Shown one piece after another: positions 1 through 7,727 of a stretch of DNA of 24,074 bases. The DNA comes from a bacterium. GTDB taxonomy: Bacteria; Zixibacteria; MSB-5A5; GN15; FEB-12. How positions within the stretch are numbered: the first letter of the stretch is position 1; every line of letters starts with the position of its first letter. Made by a program: the position numbers and the translations under genes. Below the pieces are notes generated by a model. That model saw only the letters and a program-made list of their open reading frames with translations. It was not told the origin of the DNA and did no database searches. Location of the stretch: positions 1 through 24,074 of the forward strand of contig JBDRNJ010000088.1 of assembly GCA_043811375.1 (NCBI GenBank). Reading direction: 5' to 3'.

Positions 1-47
1 CTCCAGCGATAACGTAAATCTTTGTCTGTAAACCACAAGTTTACCAC
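1..47 (-). CDS. Possible 5' end of a gene running off the left edge (MVNLWFTDKDLRYRW...)
   Basis: GTG at 47 lies 8 nt downstream of AAAGGAG (62-56, minus). The frame is open to the window edge. Too short to identify. Confidence 0.35.
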   Translation of the reverse strand, partial: MVNLWFTDKDLRYRW

Positions 48-224
48 GGGTTTGACTCCTTTCATTTGGTTCGAAAGACTCAAAGTCAAACCCGTTGTTA
101 TTTCAATCTACCAATTTACACAACTTAGTTTACACTACCCTCGCTTCTCTGGTTCATGGTACAAAAACGATGGCGTCTTGCTGTTGCCAATTTACATGCA
201 ACCGTTTCCGTGCAGACCCTCGCT

Positions 225-250
225 GTCACTCCAGCGAAAGCTGGGGTTCG
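225..250. repeat. GTCA-type short palindromic repeat
   Basis: gtcactccagc-gaaa-gctggggttc forms a GNRA-capped hairpin resembling the widespread GTCAYYCCNGCGAAAGCNGG repeat class. Confidence 0.5.
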
Positions 251-307
251 GTAGGTTGGCGTTCCGAGTGAGTCCGGTGTCATACGGACGAATGAGAAAC
301 CCGACAT
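251..307. repeat. GTAG-type REP-like element
   Basis: Begins GTAGG and ends CCGACA, like the element at 5359-5386. Internal hairpin gtccg/cggac with imperfect outer arms. Confidence 0.5.
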
Positions 308-399
308 CTATACTGCCGCTGTTGTCAACGTCACCACGTTTGTCACAGCAGCCAAAGCTCTGCCAGTAATCCTGGTTGACGCTGTAATTGACCGACGTG
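301..399 (-). pseudogene. Relic fragment of the dockerin-adaptor gene (TSVNYSVNQDYWQSFGCCDKRGDVDNSGSIDVG)
   Basis: 304-399 matches 2840-2935 at 89/96 nt, with 320-369 identical. No start or signal peptide. Truncated at ...IDVG by the REP-like element. Confidence 0.85.
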
Positions 400-422
400 C
401 CAATCGCAACCCAAAATGTCAG

Positions 423-1556
423 CTACTCCGGAGCGATAATCTTGAAGCACTGGGGCACATCGTGCCAACTGGGCGTAATCTCATCGGGGTCCAAATCGGG
501 ATTGTCAATATCCCAGATCCACGGGTGAGTGGGATGGAACCAACTGGAATCGATACAAATTTCATGACCAATGAACGAAGGATCGATAGGGCCAATCTGT
601 ATGGTGATAGCGACATCATCGAATCCGGCATCCATCCCGGGGGCTCCCAATCCCACATTCGATGGTGCGAATCCGATAGTGTCGGGGTGGGAGCCGGTCA
701 GAGGAGCGGGATCATCCTCCCAGGGTACATAGTTGATATTGTCAAATAGACCTTCCATTTCCTCAGAGACCCAGCCGGTGGTCGCTGTCCAACTTAGCTC
801 GTCAGTGGTCGGGGAATATATCCGGAAACCCAGGCTCATCGCCTCGAGCACTTCGCCGGTACTGTTGTTGAGTCGAATATGAAATGTGATCGGTTCCCCG
901 GTCCTGACGCTGCCGATGTCAGCCGGTTCATGATCATTGATGTGGTCTAATAATACTTGAAGAGGTCGTTTTGCCCCTATTGTGAAGCAGAGCTCCTCCT
1001 CCCATTTGGGTACATTGTAACCACCGTATTCTGTGTCCCAACGCCAGGTGCGGCCATCCGCTAAGTTACTTTTGTCAATGCAAATCTGCTTACCCTCGAA
1101 GGAAGCATCAATAGGCCCAATCGTCACGGTCATAACCTCCCCGGCCCATTTAGGGTCAAGTGCGGAACCGGTGGCGACTCCGTTAAAACTTATCGTGTCG
1201 GCACCGGAGCCGAGGGCAGGGACTCCGCTTACGGGAATGTCCGGGTCGAGTATCCCAGCAATTTCTGCACCCGGTAAGGCGGTGGTGGTGGTCCAATCAA
1301 TGTCGTCAGGCGAATGTATACGGAAGGCGAGAAGTAACTCTTCGATACCTGATGACGCCTCGTCACTCATGTAAATGTGAAACGTGATCTCCTCCTCGGC
1401 AAATACAACGCCGGTCTCCCGGAGCCCATCGGTTTGGCTCACAGACAAATAAACACCCGGCATCTCGTAGGTGAAATTCGTGTCATCCTTGTCTTTGCAA
1501 GCAAAGGCGGCGATGGCCAGGATCACGATAAGAACCCGTGACGGCTTGTTCTGCAT
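423..1556 (-). CDS. Lipoprotein with two tandem homologous beta-rich domains (putative cohesin-like)
   Basis: Signal II with lipobox AFAC and RBS AGAGGA. Both domains share ITFHI, FRI.SP, W.TT, GS..DTI.F, IGPID.SF.G..ICID.S, W.WD and P.W....CF.I. The cohesin fold is inference. Confidence 0.85.
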   Translation of the reverse strand: MQNKPSRVLIVILAIAAFACKDKDDTNFTYEMPGVYLSVSQTDGLRETGVVFAEEEITFHIYMSDEASSGIEELLLAFRIHSPDDIDWTTTTALPGAEIAGILDPDIPVSGVPALGSGADTISFNGVATGSALDPKWAGEVMTVTIGPIDASFEGKQICIDKSNLADGRTWRWDTEYGGYNVPKWEEELCFTIGAKRPLQVLLDHINDHEPADIGSVRTGEPITFHIRLNNSTGEVLEAMSLGFRIYSPTTDELSWTATTGWVSEEMEGLFDNINYVPWEDDPAPLTGSHPDTIGFAPSNVGLGAPGMDAGFDDVAITIQIGPIDPSFIGHEICIDSSWFHPTHPWIWDIDNPDLDPDEITPSWHDVPQCFKIIAPE

Positions 1557-1602
1557 GATGGTTCCTCTCTTGTTATAACATTTCTCAATGTCCTACTGAA
1601 CG

Positions 1603-1631
1603 ACCATAGCCCCGCGACAATGTTGTGTCAA
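1603..1631 (-). promoter_or_regulatory. sigma70-type promoter for the lipoprotein gene
   Basis: TTGACA-17-TATGGT on the minus strand. Confidence 0.55.
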
Positions 1632-1666
1632 GTAAGAACTAACATGGTAAATTTATACACTGAAAA

Positions 1667-2455
1667 CTATCGAACTTCATTGGAAACGAGACGATGACGG
1701 TAGATCATGATGATGCCTGATGCAACAGCCAGAATAATCGCCATCAGTTGAGTGGTAGTCAACGGCCCTATCCAGACGGTCTCTTCGCCGCGATAAAACT
1801 CGATAATGAAGCGGGCCGCTGCGTAGAGGGAAATGTAGGCCAGCATCACCTGACCCGGATATCCCCTGCGGGTACGCAATCTCATAAGAAAGAGAAAAAT
1901 AACGAAGGTCGCGCACGATTCATAGAGTTGAGTGGGGTGTAAGCGAACGCCGATTGGTACTCCTGTTTGTTCGTGTGCCAGCGCCGTAAACTCGACCCCA
2001 ACCCATGACGTTGTCGGCGTACCCCAGCAGCAGCCGGCGGCGAAACATGCGAGGCGACCGATTGCTTGTCCCAGCGCAATTCCGGGAGCGAAGGCATCGG
2101 CAACAGTCCAACCGGGAAGTTTGTAAAAGAGGGCCAGCCCGGCGGAGACCGCCAGGGCACTCAGGAAACCGCCGTAGTAGACGCCTCCTCCGTGGAGAAA
2201 ATCGACCGAGAAGATCCGTTGCCAGTCATTACTCCACACACTCCACTCCATGAATACCATTAATAGCTTAGCGCCAACCAGCCCGGCAATGACACCTCGC
2301 AGAGCGACCCTCGTGCACAGCTGTCTATCCAGGCCGTACTTGACCGCATTGTCAACTGCTACGCGAATGCCCAGAAAAACAGCAATCGCCAGCACCACAC
2401 CGTAGACCGGAATCGGAATGCCCGCGTAGGGGAGTTCAAATAGCACCGGATACAT
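1667..2455 (-). CDS. lgt: Prolipoprotein diacylglyceryl transferase
   Basis: MYP.LF start, YG, GGGVYYGG, D..AP...LGQAIGRL.CF..GCC.G, HPTQLYES and RFIIEFYR; multiple transmembrane segments. Confidence 0.95.
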   Translation of the reverse strand: MYPVLFELPYAGIPIPVYGVVLAIAVFLGIRVAVDNAVKYGLDRQLCTRVALRGVIAGLVGAKLLMVFMEWSVWSNDWQRIFSVDFLHGGGVYYGGFLSALAVSAGLALFYKLPGWTVADAFAPGIALGQAIGRLACFAAGCCWGTPTTSWVGVEFTALAHEQTGVPIGVRLHPTQLYESCATFVIFLFLMRLRTRRGYPGQVMLAYISLYAAARFIIEFYRGEETVWIGPLTTTQLMAIILAVASGIIMIYRHRLVSNEVR

Positions 2456-2514
2456 AGCCGCTTAAGAATTCTCCATTCCAAACGTCTGCTTACAGCTTGA
2501 GTACCTACGATTGA

Positions 2515-2543
2515 AATCTAAGACATCGCGAGCCGGTTGGCAA
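2515..2543 (-). promoter_or_regulatory. sigma70-type promoter for lgt
   Basis: TTGCCA-17-TAGATT on the minus strand. Confidence 0.45.
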
Positions 2544-2591
2544 TGATCTCCTGGATGATGTTTAGTTGTAGGTAATATGTTTAGAAGTGTG

Positions 2592-2636
2592 AAAAAGACA
2601 GACAGAGTCGGCACACTAGTTCGTGCCGACCCTGTC
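2592..2636 (-). terminator. Intrinsic terminator after the dockerin gene
   Basis: Minus strand gacagggtcggcac-N8-gtgccgactctgtc (14 bp with one G-U pair), followed by tgtcttttt. Confidence 0.75.
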
Positions 2637-2676
2637 CACAGTTGATACTGTGTCTATCTTTAGACCGACGCGCAGC

Positions 2677-3258
2677 CTAACACCCCGGTGGTGGAGGACC
2701 GCCCTGGAACAAGTACGCCACCAGGTACGTCAGGTCGCCGACGTCAATGCTGCCTGTGCCGTCGACATCACCTTCATCTTCGCATGGGGGTGGTGGACCA
2801 CCCTGAAAGAGGTAGGCAACAAGATAAGTCAGGTCACCTACATCTATACTGCCGGTGTTGTCAACGTCACCACGTTTGTCACAGCAGCCAAAGCTCTGCC
2901 AGTAACCCTGGTCGACACTGTAGTTGGCCGAGGTGGCTCCACCTACTGCTGTCTGCGCCAGCGTGCCCATCAGCAGGAAGTTGGCCGATGAAGCATTGGT
3001 ACCACCGCCGGAGATCACTTGCCAGTTGATCTCTTCGCCGGACATTGGCGCGGCCGGTGACTGGCTGACCGGCGGTGTCGGTTCTGTTGTCGTACTCGCT
3101 GGTGGTGTTGCCGTTGTGGACGCAGTCAATTCCTGCTTTTCTGACGTCACCGCTTTTGGCTGCGAAGACTTCGTCTTGTCACCCGCCAGGGCCAGACTGA
3201 CTGCAAGCACCAGACAGAGCAGCAGCGTCAGAATCGTCGTACTATTCGGATTCTTCAT
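2677..3258 (-). CDS. Secreted small protein: signal peptide, Thr/Pro linker, 'WQVISGGG...GTLAQ...GYW' module, C-terminal type I-like dockerin
   Basis: Two EF-hand-like repeats GDVD(N/G)TGSIDVGDLTYLVAYLFQGGPPPP flanked by Cys. RBS GAGGAG. The start overlaps the upstream gene by 17 nt. Confidence 0.9.
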   Translation of the reverse strand: MKNPNSTTILTLLLCLVLAVSLALAGDKTKSSQPKAVTSEKQELTASTTATPPASTTTEPTPPVSQSPAAPMSGEEINWQVISGGGTNASSANFLLMGTLAQTAVGGATSANYSVDQGYWQSFGCCDKRGDVDNTGSIDVGDLTYLVAYLFQGGPPPPCEDEGDVDGTGSIDVGDLTYLVAYLFQGGPPPPGC

Positions 3259-5260
3259 TGAGTGCTCCTCTGCCTTCGGCTCGTTCCAGATCCTCTTTCA
3301 TCCGCTCGTAGTTGAAATGCTTCTCAATCGGCTGGCCGTGTTCTTCCGGATTCAGGTAAGTGCCGATCTCAGTCGTTGGCTTGTCGACTTCGACCTGAAT
3401 ACGATGGGCCTGCGCCCACTTGTCGTTGCGAATCCCGGTCACCTGCCAGCTAACTTCTCCGAACGCCTCGCCGCCGGCGATACGGAACTGGTTGCCGTTG
3501 ATCTTCTCGGCGATATAGACAGGTGCAAAGCCACCTATGCAAGTCAACTGATACCGGAAATCCATGTTGAGCGTTTCGAAATAGTCCGGCATGGTTACTG
3601 TCGCCTGGCCATCGGCATCGAGGGTTACATTGCCGTTGTAGATATTCATCATATCCGGTGACTCGACAAAGCTGTGCTGCAGGTACTTGTGCTCCGGGTC
3701 AAGCGGGTGATCGATCTTGAATGAGCCGCCTGTCTTGGTCAGAGTTCCGAACACGCCGACATTACCGCTGAAGTAGCCGGCATAGCTTACAGCGCCAGTA
3801 CCAAAAGACGTGCCCATGATGGCGTAAACGGACGTGCCCATACCACCGTAAACAGATGCCCTCACACCGTAGGAATCCCCGCTTATATTTGAACTTTGGC
3901 CAACGTAGGCCCTCACGCCGTAGCGGTCGCCGCCACCGGTGATATTGTTGTTCACATTTGTGTAAAGACCGTATGCAGCCCCGGGGCCGTAACTGGAACT
4001 CCCGACATTAGAATACATCCCGTACAAGGTGCCATCCCCCGTGTTGTCCATGTCGATAGATTGCGCATAACGTGTAATTGATGTGTTATATTTCCTTTCG
4101 ATCCTCAAGAGATAGAGGCTTGATGGGGCTTCATCGTCACCGATACGGACCCCGCTGTTGTTAGCACGGAAGGTGCTGTCACCGATCCGAACGTTTGTCG
4201 GCGGGTCAAAGAAGTTATCAGCCGTGAAGTGATTGACCTTAGTTCGAGTCGCAGCCGTTCCATTGACTTTTGTGGGCTGTATGTTGGCAGTGGTGCTGAT
4301 GTCGGCATCGATAATCTCGCCGTCCATGATATCACCGGAGTAGACGGAGTTGGCGGCCAGCTCTGACGCTCCCACGGCATCAGTGGCCAGGTCGTTGGCC
4401 GTGAGCGAATTGTCAACTACTTCCGAAGTCCCCACAGAGTTGGGTGCCAGATCGTTAGTGGTGAGAGAATTGTCGGCCACTTCATCGGTGCCCACAGCCC
4501 CCGTGGCGATCTCGTCGGCATTAACAGAATTGGTGGCCAGGTCGTTAGCGGTGAGTGAATTGTTATCAACCTCCGACGAACCGACCGCATCGGGAGCAAT
4601 TTCATCCGTGTCAACAGCATCAGTGGCGATATGGTTGGCGGTGATGCCATTGGTAGTAACATTGAGCGTCACCGGACCGGAAGTGCCGCCACCGGAAAGA
4701 CCACTGCCGGCATTTACCGCCTCGATATCGCCCGTACCTTCGTTGTCCACGCCGTCGGCAAACCCGGCCGGCATACCGGTGATATTGCCCCAGTCGAGAT
4801 AGTAAGCCGGTGGTTGAGTCCCTAAGTTTGTAGCATCCTGCGCCAGTCCGGCTGTATCGGACCGCAAGGCGTGATACGCATACGACGCCGACACCAGTTT
4901 GGTGCGGGGGATCATCTCCGGGTCGGTGTCGACCGTGATACCCAGCCAGCGCAGGGTGTCGGTGAACAGATCATGGTCCAGTGCCGGCTGCGGCGGAACG
5001 CCCAGCAGGACCTCAAATAGGCCGTTGTCGACTTGAACGGTCTGGAAAGCGCTGTTCCATTTTTCGTTGGCCGGGGCGCTGGCTGATGGATCGTTCCAGA
5101 TAATGAACTTCATCAGAACCGGACCGTTGTAAGCGGTGCCGCCCGAATTCAGCAGCCGCCCCTGGTAGCTGATCGCCTGCGGCACTTCCGCGGTGGCCAA
5201 TGAGGCCAGCGCCAGCACCGCGATGATGAGTGTTACTGTGAGTGTTACCATTCGAGTCAT
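3242..5260 (-). CDS. Secreted tail-fibre/adhesin-like protein (672 aa); start re-called at 5260
   Basis: AGGAGG RBS precedes ATG 5260 (MTRMVTL..., signal peptide). The ORF-track extension to 5464 runs through repeats. N-terminal VPQAISYQGRL...GLFEVLLG domain, 10-aa repeats (4280-4650), YG(V/L/M) beta repeats and a C-terminal FKIDHPLDP...ESP domain. Confidence 0.85.
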   Translation of the reverse strand: MTRMVTLTVTLIIAVLALASLATAEVPQAISYQGRLLNSGGTAYNGPVLMKFIIWNDPSASAPANEKWNSAFQTVQVDNGLFEVLLGVPPQPALDHDLFTDTLRWLGITVDTDPEMIPRTKLVSASYAYHALRSDTAGLAQDATNLGTQPPAYYLDWGNITGMPAGFADGVDNEGTGDIEAVNAGSGLSGGGTSGPVTLNVTTNGITANHIATDAVDTDEIAPDAVGSSEVDNNSLTANDLATNSVNADEIATGAVGTDEVADNSLTTNDLAPNSVGTSEVVDNSLTANDLATDAVGASELAANSVYSGDIMDGEIIDADISTTANIQPTKVNGTAATRTKVNHFTADNFFDPPTNVRIGDSTFRANNSGVRIGDDEAPSSLYLLRIERKYNTSITRYAQSIDMDNTGDGTLYGMYSNVGSSSYGPGAAYGLYTNVNNNITGGGDRYGVRAYVGQSSNISGDSYGVRASVYGGMGTSVYAIMGTSFGTGAVSYAGYFSGNVGVFGTLTKTGGSFKIDHPLDPEHKYLQHSFVESPDMMNIYNGNVTLDADGQATVTMPDYFETLNMDFRYQLTCIGGFAPVYIAEKINGNQFRIAGGEAFGEVSWQVTGIRNDKWAQAHRIQVEVDKPTTEIGTYLNPEEHGQPIEKHFNYERMKEDLERAEGRGALNEESE

Positions 5261-5314
5261 GGTGTTACTCCTCCTGTTGGTTTGATATTGTGGATTACAT
5301 TGATTGTTGCCGAT

Positions 5315-5348
5315 GAGATTGCCGCGTCGCTGTGCTCCCCGCAATGAC
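5315..5348. repeat. GTCATTGCG...GCAATCTC-type palindromic repeat
   Basis: gagattgccgcgtcgctgtgctccccgcaatgac; homologous copies at 23829-23866 and 23891-23937. Confidence 0.75.
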
Positions 5349-5358
5349 GCACGGTCTG

Positions 5359-5386
5359 GTAGGTCGGAACCCCTGTTGTTCCGACA
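5359..5386. repeat. GTAG-type REP-like element
   Basis: gtag-gtcggaac-N7-gttccgac-a with a perfect 8-bp stem. Same arms as the intragenic element at 12222-12272. Confidence 0.75.
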
Positions 5387-5395
5387 AAGGCATGC

Positions 5396-5419
5396 AAAAA
5401 ACCCAGGGCAAGCCCTGGG
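5396..5419 (-). terminator. Terminator-like hairpin in the leader of the fibre gene
   Basis: Minus strand cccagggc-tt-gccctggg-tttttt. Confidence 0.55.
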
Positions 5420-5527
5420 CCACCGGACCTTCGCGGTAAGTGAATGTTGCCGAATGTACTTCAAATGTTGTCATCAACCCTGTTGTCTGCTGTCACGGCT
5501 GCCACTTCCTGGCAGCCCTATAGGCAA

Positions 5528-5556
5528 AGTATACCCTCTGATCGACCATTTGGCAA
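5528..5556 (-). promoter_or_regulatory. sigma70-type promoter upstream of the fibre/dockerin genes
   Basis: TTGCCA-17-TATACT on the minus strand. Confidence 0.55.
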
Positions 5557-5651
5557 GGGATTTCTCGTGGTCTGGCGACGGAGTGATGTGATGACACCGG
5601 GCGGCAACTCCTCTGCCCCATGCCACATTCAGAAACCTTACAGCCTCAATG

Positions 5652-7691
5652 TCAAGGTGTCTGACCGCTGCCGGATGTCAGCCCGGTCATGACAATCTTC
5701 ACCCCGCCGATATCGGCGTCTTCGATACGTACTTCCCCGCCGAGTTCGGAGATGATCTTGTGCACCGTCGGCAGACCGAGGCCGGTGCCGGCTTCTTTGG
5801 TTGTAAAGTATGGTGTGAAAACTTTGTCGCGCAGGTCGTGTCTGATTCCGGGACCGCTGTCGGAAAACGTTATCTCGATAGCTTCGTCACGGCGTTTCGC
5901 CAAAATAGCGATCTGTCCCGGTTGTCCGTCCAGCGCCTCCTTGGTGTTGTTAAACAGGTTGATAAAAACCTGACGGAGGGCGTCCGGGTCGGCCTCTATC
6001 TGCAAACCCGGTTCGACATCCACCTCAACTGTCATGTTCAGCTTTTCCGCCTCCGGCTGGAAGAACTCGACGCTGTGCCCGATCAGATCACCCAGATCGA
6101 TCGTGCTCCGTCGCTTCCTGTCTTCGTGAGCCATCACCAGGAAACGGCTGATAATATCGTTAAGGCGTTTCGTTTCGGCCTTGATCTGACCGATGAAGGA
6201 GCGATACTCTTCGGCGTTTTCAGCAGGAGCAAACTCCGCACTCAGCCGTTGAGCGGCAATGGAGATAGTGTTTAAGGGGTTGCGGATTTCATGCGCCACC
6301 CCGGCGGCCAGGTGACCCATCTCAGACAAACGCTCCCGCCGGGCCGACCGCCGCTCAAACTCCTTGAGACGAGTTATATCGTAGACCACAATCACCACCC
6401 CGCCCGGCTCGACTTTCAAACGCGAACTCGCTATCAGTAAATCTCTGGCGTCACCGGCCACGGAGACTGAAACTTCCATATCCGACACGGACTCATTTGC
6501 ATCGGCCAGTCGCACCAACCCGGGAGCAATTGGTTTGATAATCTCATCCCAGCGACGTCCCATGCACTCATCGAGACCCAGTATCGATCTGAAAGCATGG
6601 TTAGCCAGCGAAACAGTACCCGTCCCGTCAATTGCCGCCACGCCGGTGCGCATTTCATCGAATATCTTGTCGGTGATCGTCTTGATGTGCGAATACTGTC
6701 GGGCCAGTTGTAGGCGTTTGCGACGGGCACTGATATACAGCAAGACCACAACCGTCAGCACAAAAAGTACACCGGCCAGGGCGATCATCTGGCGATCAAA
6801 CCCCCGGGATACTACGTAGAAGCCATCCAGCGACAACCCCACCCGTAACAACCCGAAGGGATACCGGCTGGTGGCAAAGGGGCGTACCAACTCCAGCACT
6901 TTTTCTCCCTGGAACTGATACACGCGGTGGGAAATACTGTCGGCATCAAGTGCTCCGGCCAGGAACTCATCGGACTCAATCGACAAAAGCTGACCGGGCG
7001 AGCGTGATGAAAAAACAATCCCCTCCGTGGACTGGTACATGACGTATGCGACACCCTTTTCGCGGGCCATTTTTTGAGCCAGGTAGCCGATCTGGGTCTG
7101 CTCCAGGGCATTGAGGTAGTAGACGGCATCGGCCACAATCACCACTACCCGGTCGAGACGGTTGGTCAGTTCGAGATAGTAGTGAACCGCCTCGGCCGGA
7201 CCGTCACCCTCTTCCAGCAACAGGACGTAATTGTCTTCAGGATTGGTCAGCAGCTCACCAACCTCGCGATAGACGAAATCAGGAATCGTCACCACCGGCC
7301 CGCCGACAATACTGCCGGCCACCGGCAGGGAATCAACTCCGAACAGATACAAACCGTACAGGTTATGAGTTTGGGCGACACTGGCCAGTTGCCGATCGGT
7401 GACAGTCGACAGATCGACATCGGCCAGATCGACCACGATCTCGGCATAGCGTCGGTGGACGAGATAGTCGTAGAAGGTCTCCGACACAATCGCATTTTCG
7501 GCCGCCTGGGCCAGCGCTTCGGTGAAAGCTTTACCCTGCAGAACCAGCAACTCAAAGCTGTCGGAGCGGCTCTGCCTGATGCCTACCCAGGTTAGAATGA
7601 ATACGGCCACAGCCACCACTATGACAATGGTGGCCACAAAACGTTGATCGAGACGAGTCGATACCATCGGTCGCGGCTGACGCATAACCAC
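5652..7691 (-). CDS. Membrane sensor histidine kinase (NtrB/ZraS-like): periplasmic domain, PAS-like domain, HisKA, HATPase
   Basis: Two TM segments. H-box AAGVAHEIRNPL, N-box QVFINLFNN, G1 DSGPGI, F/G2 FTPYFTTKEAGTGLGL. Start could be 7685 or 7667. Confidence 0.93.
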   Translation of the reverse strand: MVMRQPRPMVSTRLDQRFVATIVIVVAVAVFILTWVGIRQSRSDSFELLVLQGKAFTEALAQAAENAIVSETFYDYLVHRRYAEIVVDLADVDLSTVTDRQLASVAQTHNLYGLYLFGVDSLPVAGSIVGGPVVTIPDFVYREVGELLTNPEDNYVLLLEEGDGPAEAVHYYLELTNRLDRVVVIVADAVYYLNALEQTQIGYLAQKMAREKGVAYVMYQSTEGIVFSSRSPGQLLSIESDEFLAGALDADSISHRVYQFQGEKVLELVRPFATSRYPFGLLRVGLSLDGFYVVSRGFDRQMIALAGVLFVLTVVVLLYISARRKRLQLARQYSHIKTITDKIFDEMRTGVAAIDGTGTVSLANHAFRSILGLDECMGRRWDEIIKPIAPGLVRLADANESVSDMEVSVSVAGDARDLLIASSRLKVEPGGVVIVVYDITRLKEFERRSARRERLSEMGHLAAGVAHEIRNPLNTISIAAQRLSAEFAPAENAEEYRSFIGQIKAETKRLNDIISRFLVMAHEDRKRRSTIDLGDLIGHSVEFFQPEAEKLNMTVEVDVEPGLQIEADPDALRQVFINLFNNTKEALDGQPGQIAILAKRRDEAIEITFSDSGPGIRHDLRDKVFTPYFTTKEAGTGLGLPTVHKIISELGGEVRIEDADIGGVKIVMTGLTSGSGQTP

Positions 7692-7727
7692 AAGCTAATT
7701 GGATTGCACCCTGCTGACAACTACAAG

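Noticed and set aside
2030..2075. Lgt motif GRLACF instead of E. coli GRLGNF as a sign of altered function
   Set aside because: GRxxCF..GCC variants are common among Lgt homologues, and the key Arg and HPTQLYE motifs are intact.
304..2935. Diversity-generating retroelement TR/VR pair
   Set aside because: The 7 mismatches are not adenine-specific on either strand (they include C/G changes), and there is no reverse transcriptase in the window.
3242..5260. Prophage tail region
   Set aside because: The protein has a Sec signal peptide, and no integrase, capsid, baseplate or lysis genes are present.
5261..5477. N-terminal extension of the fibre ORF and the 60-aa ORF 5295-5477
   Set aside because: Both read through palindromic repeats and a terminator-like hairpin. 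A strong RBS and signal peptide support the start at 5260.
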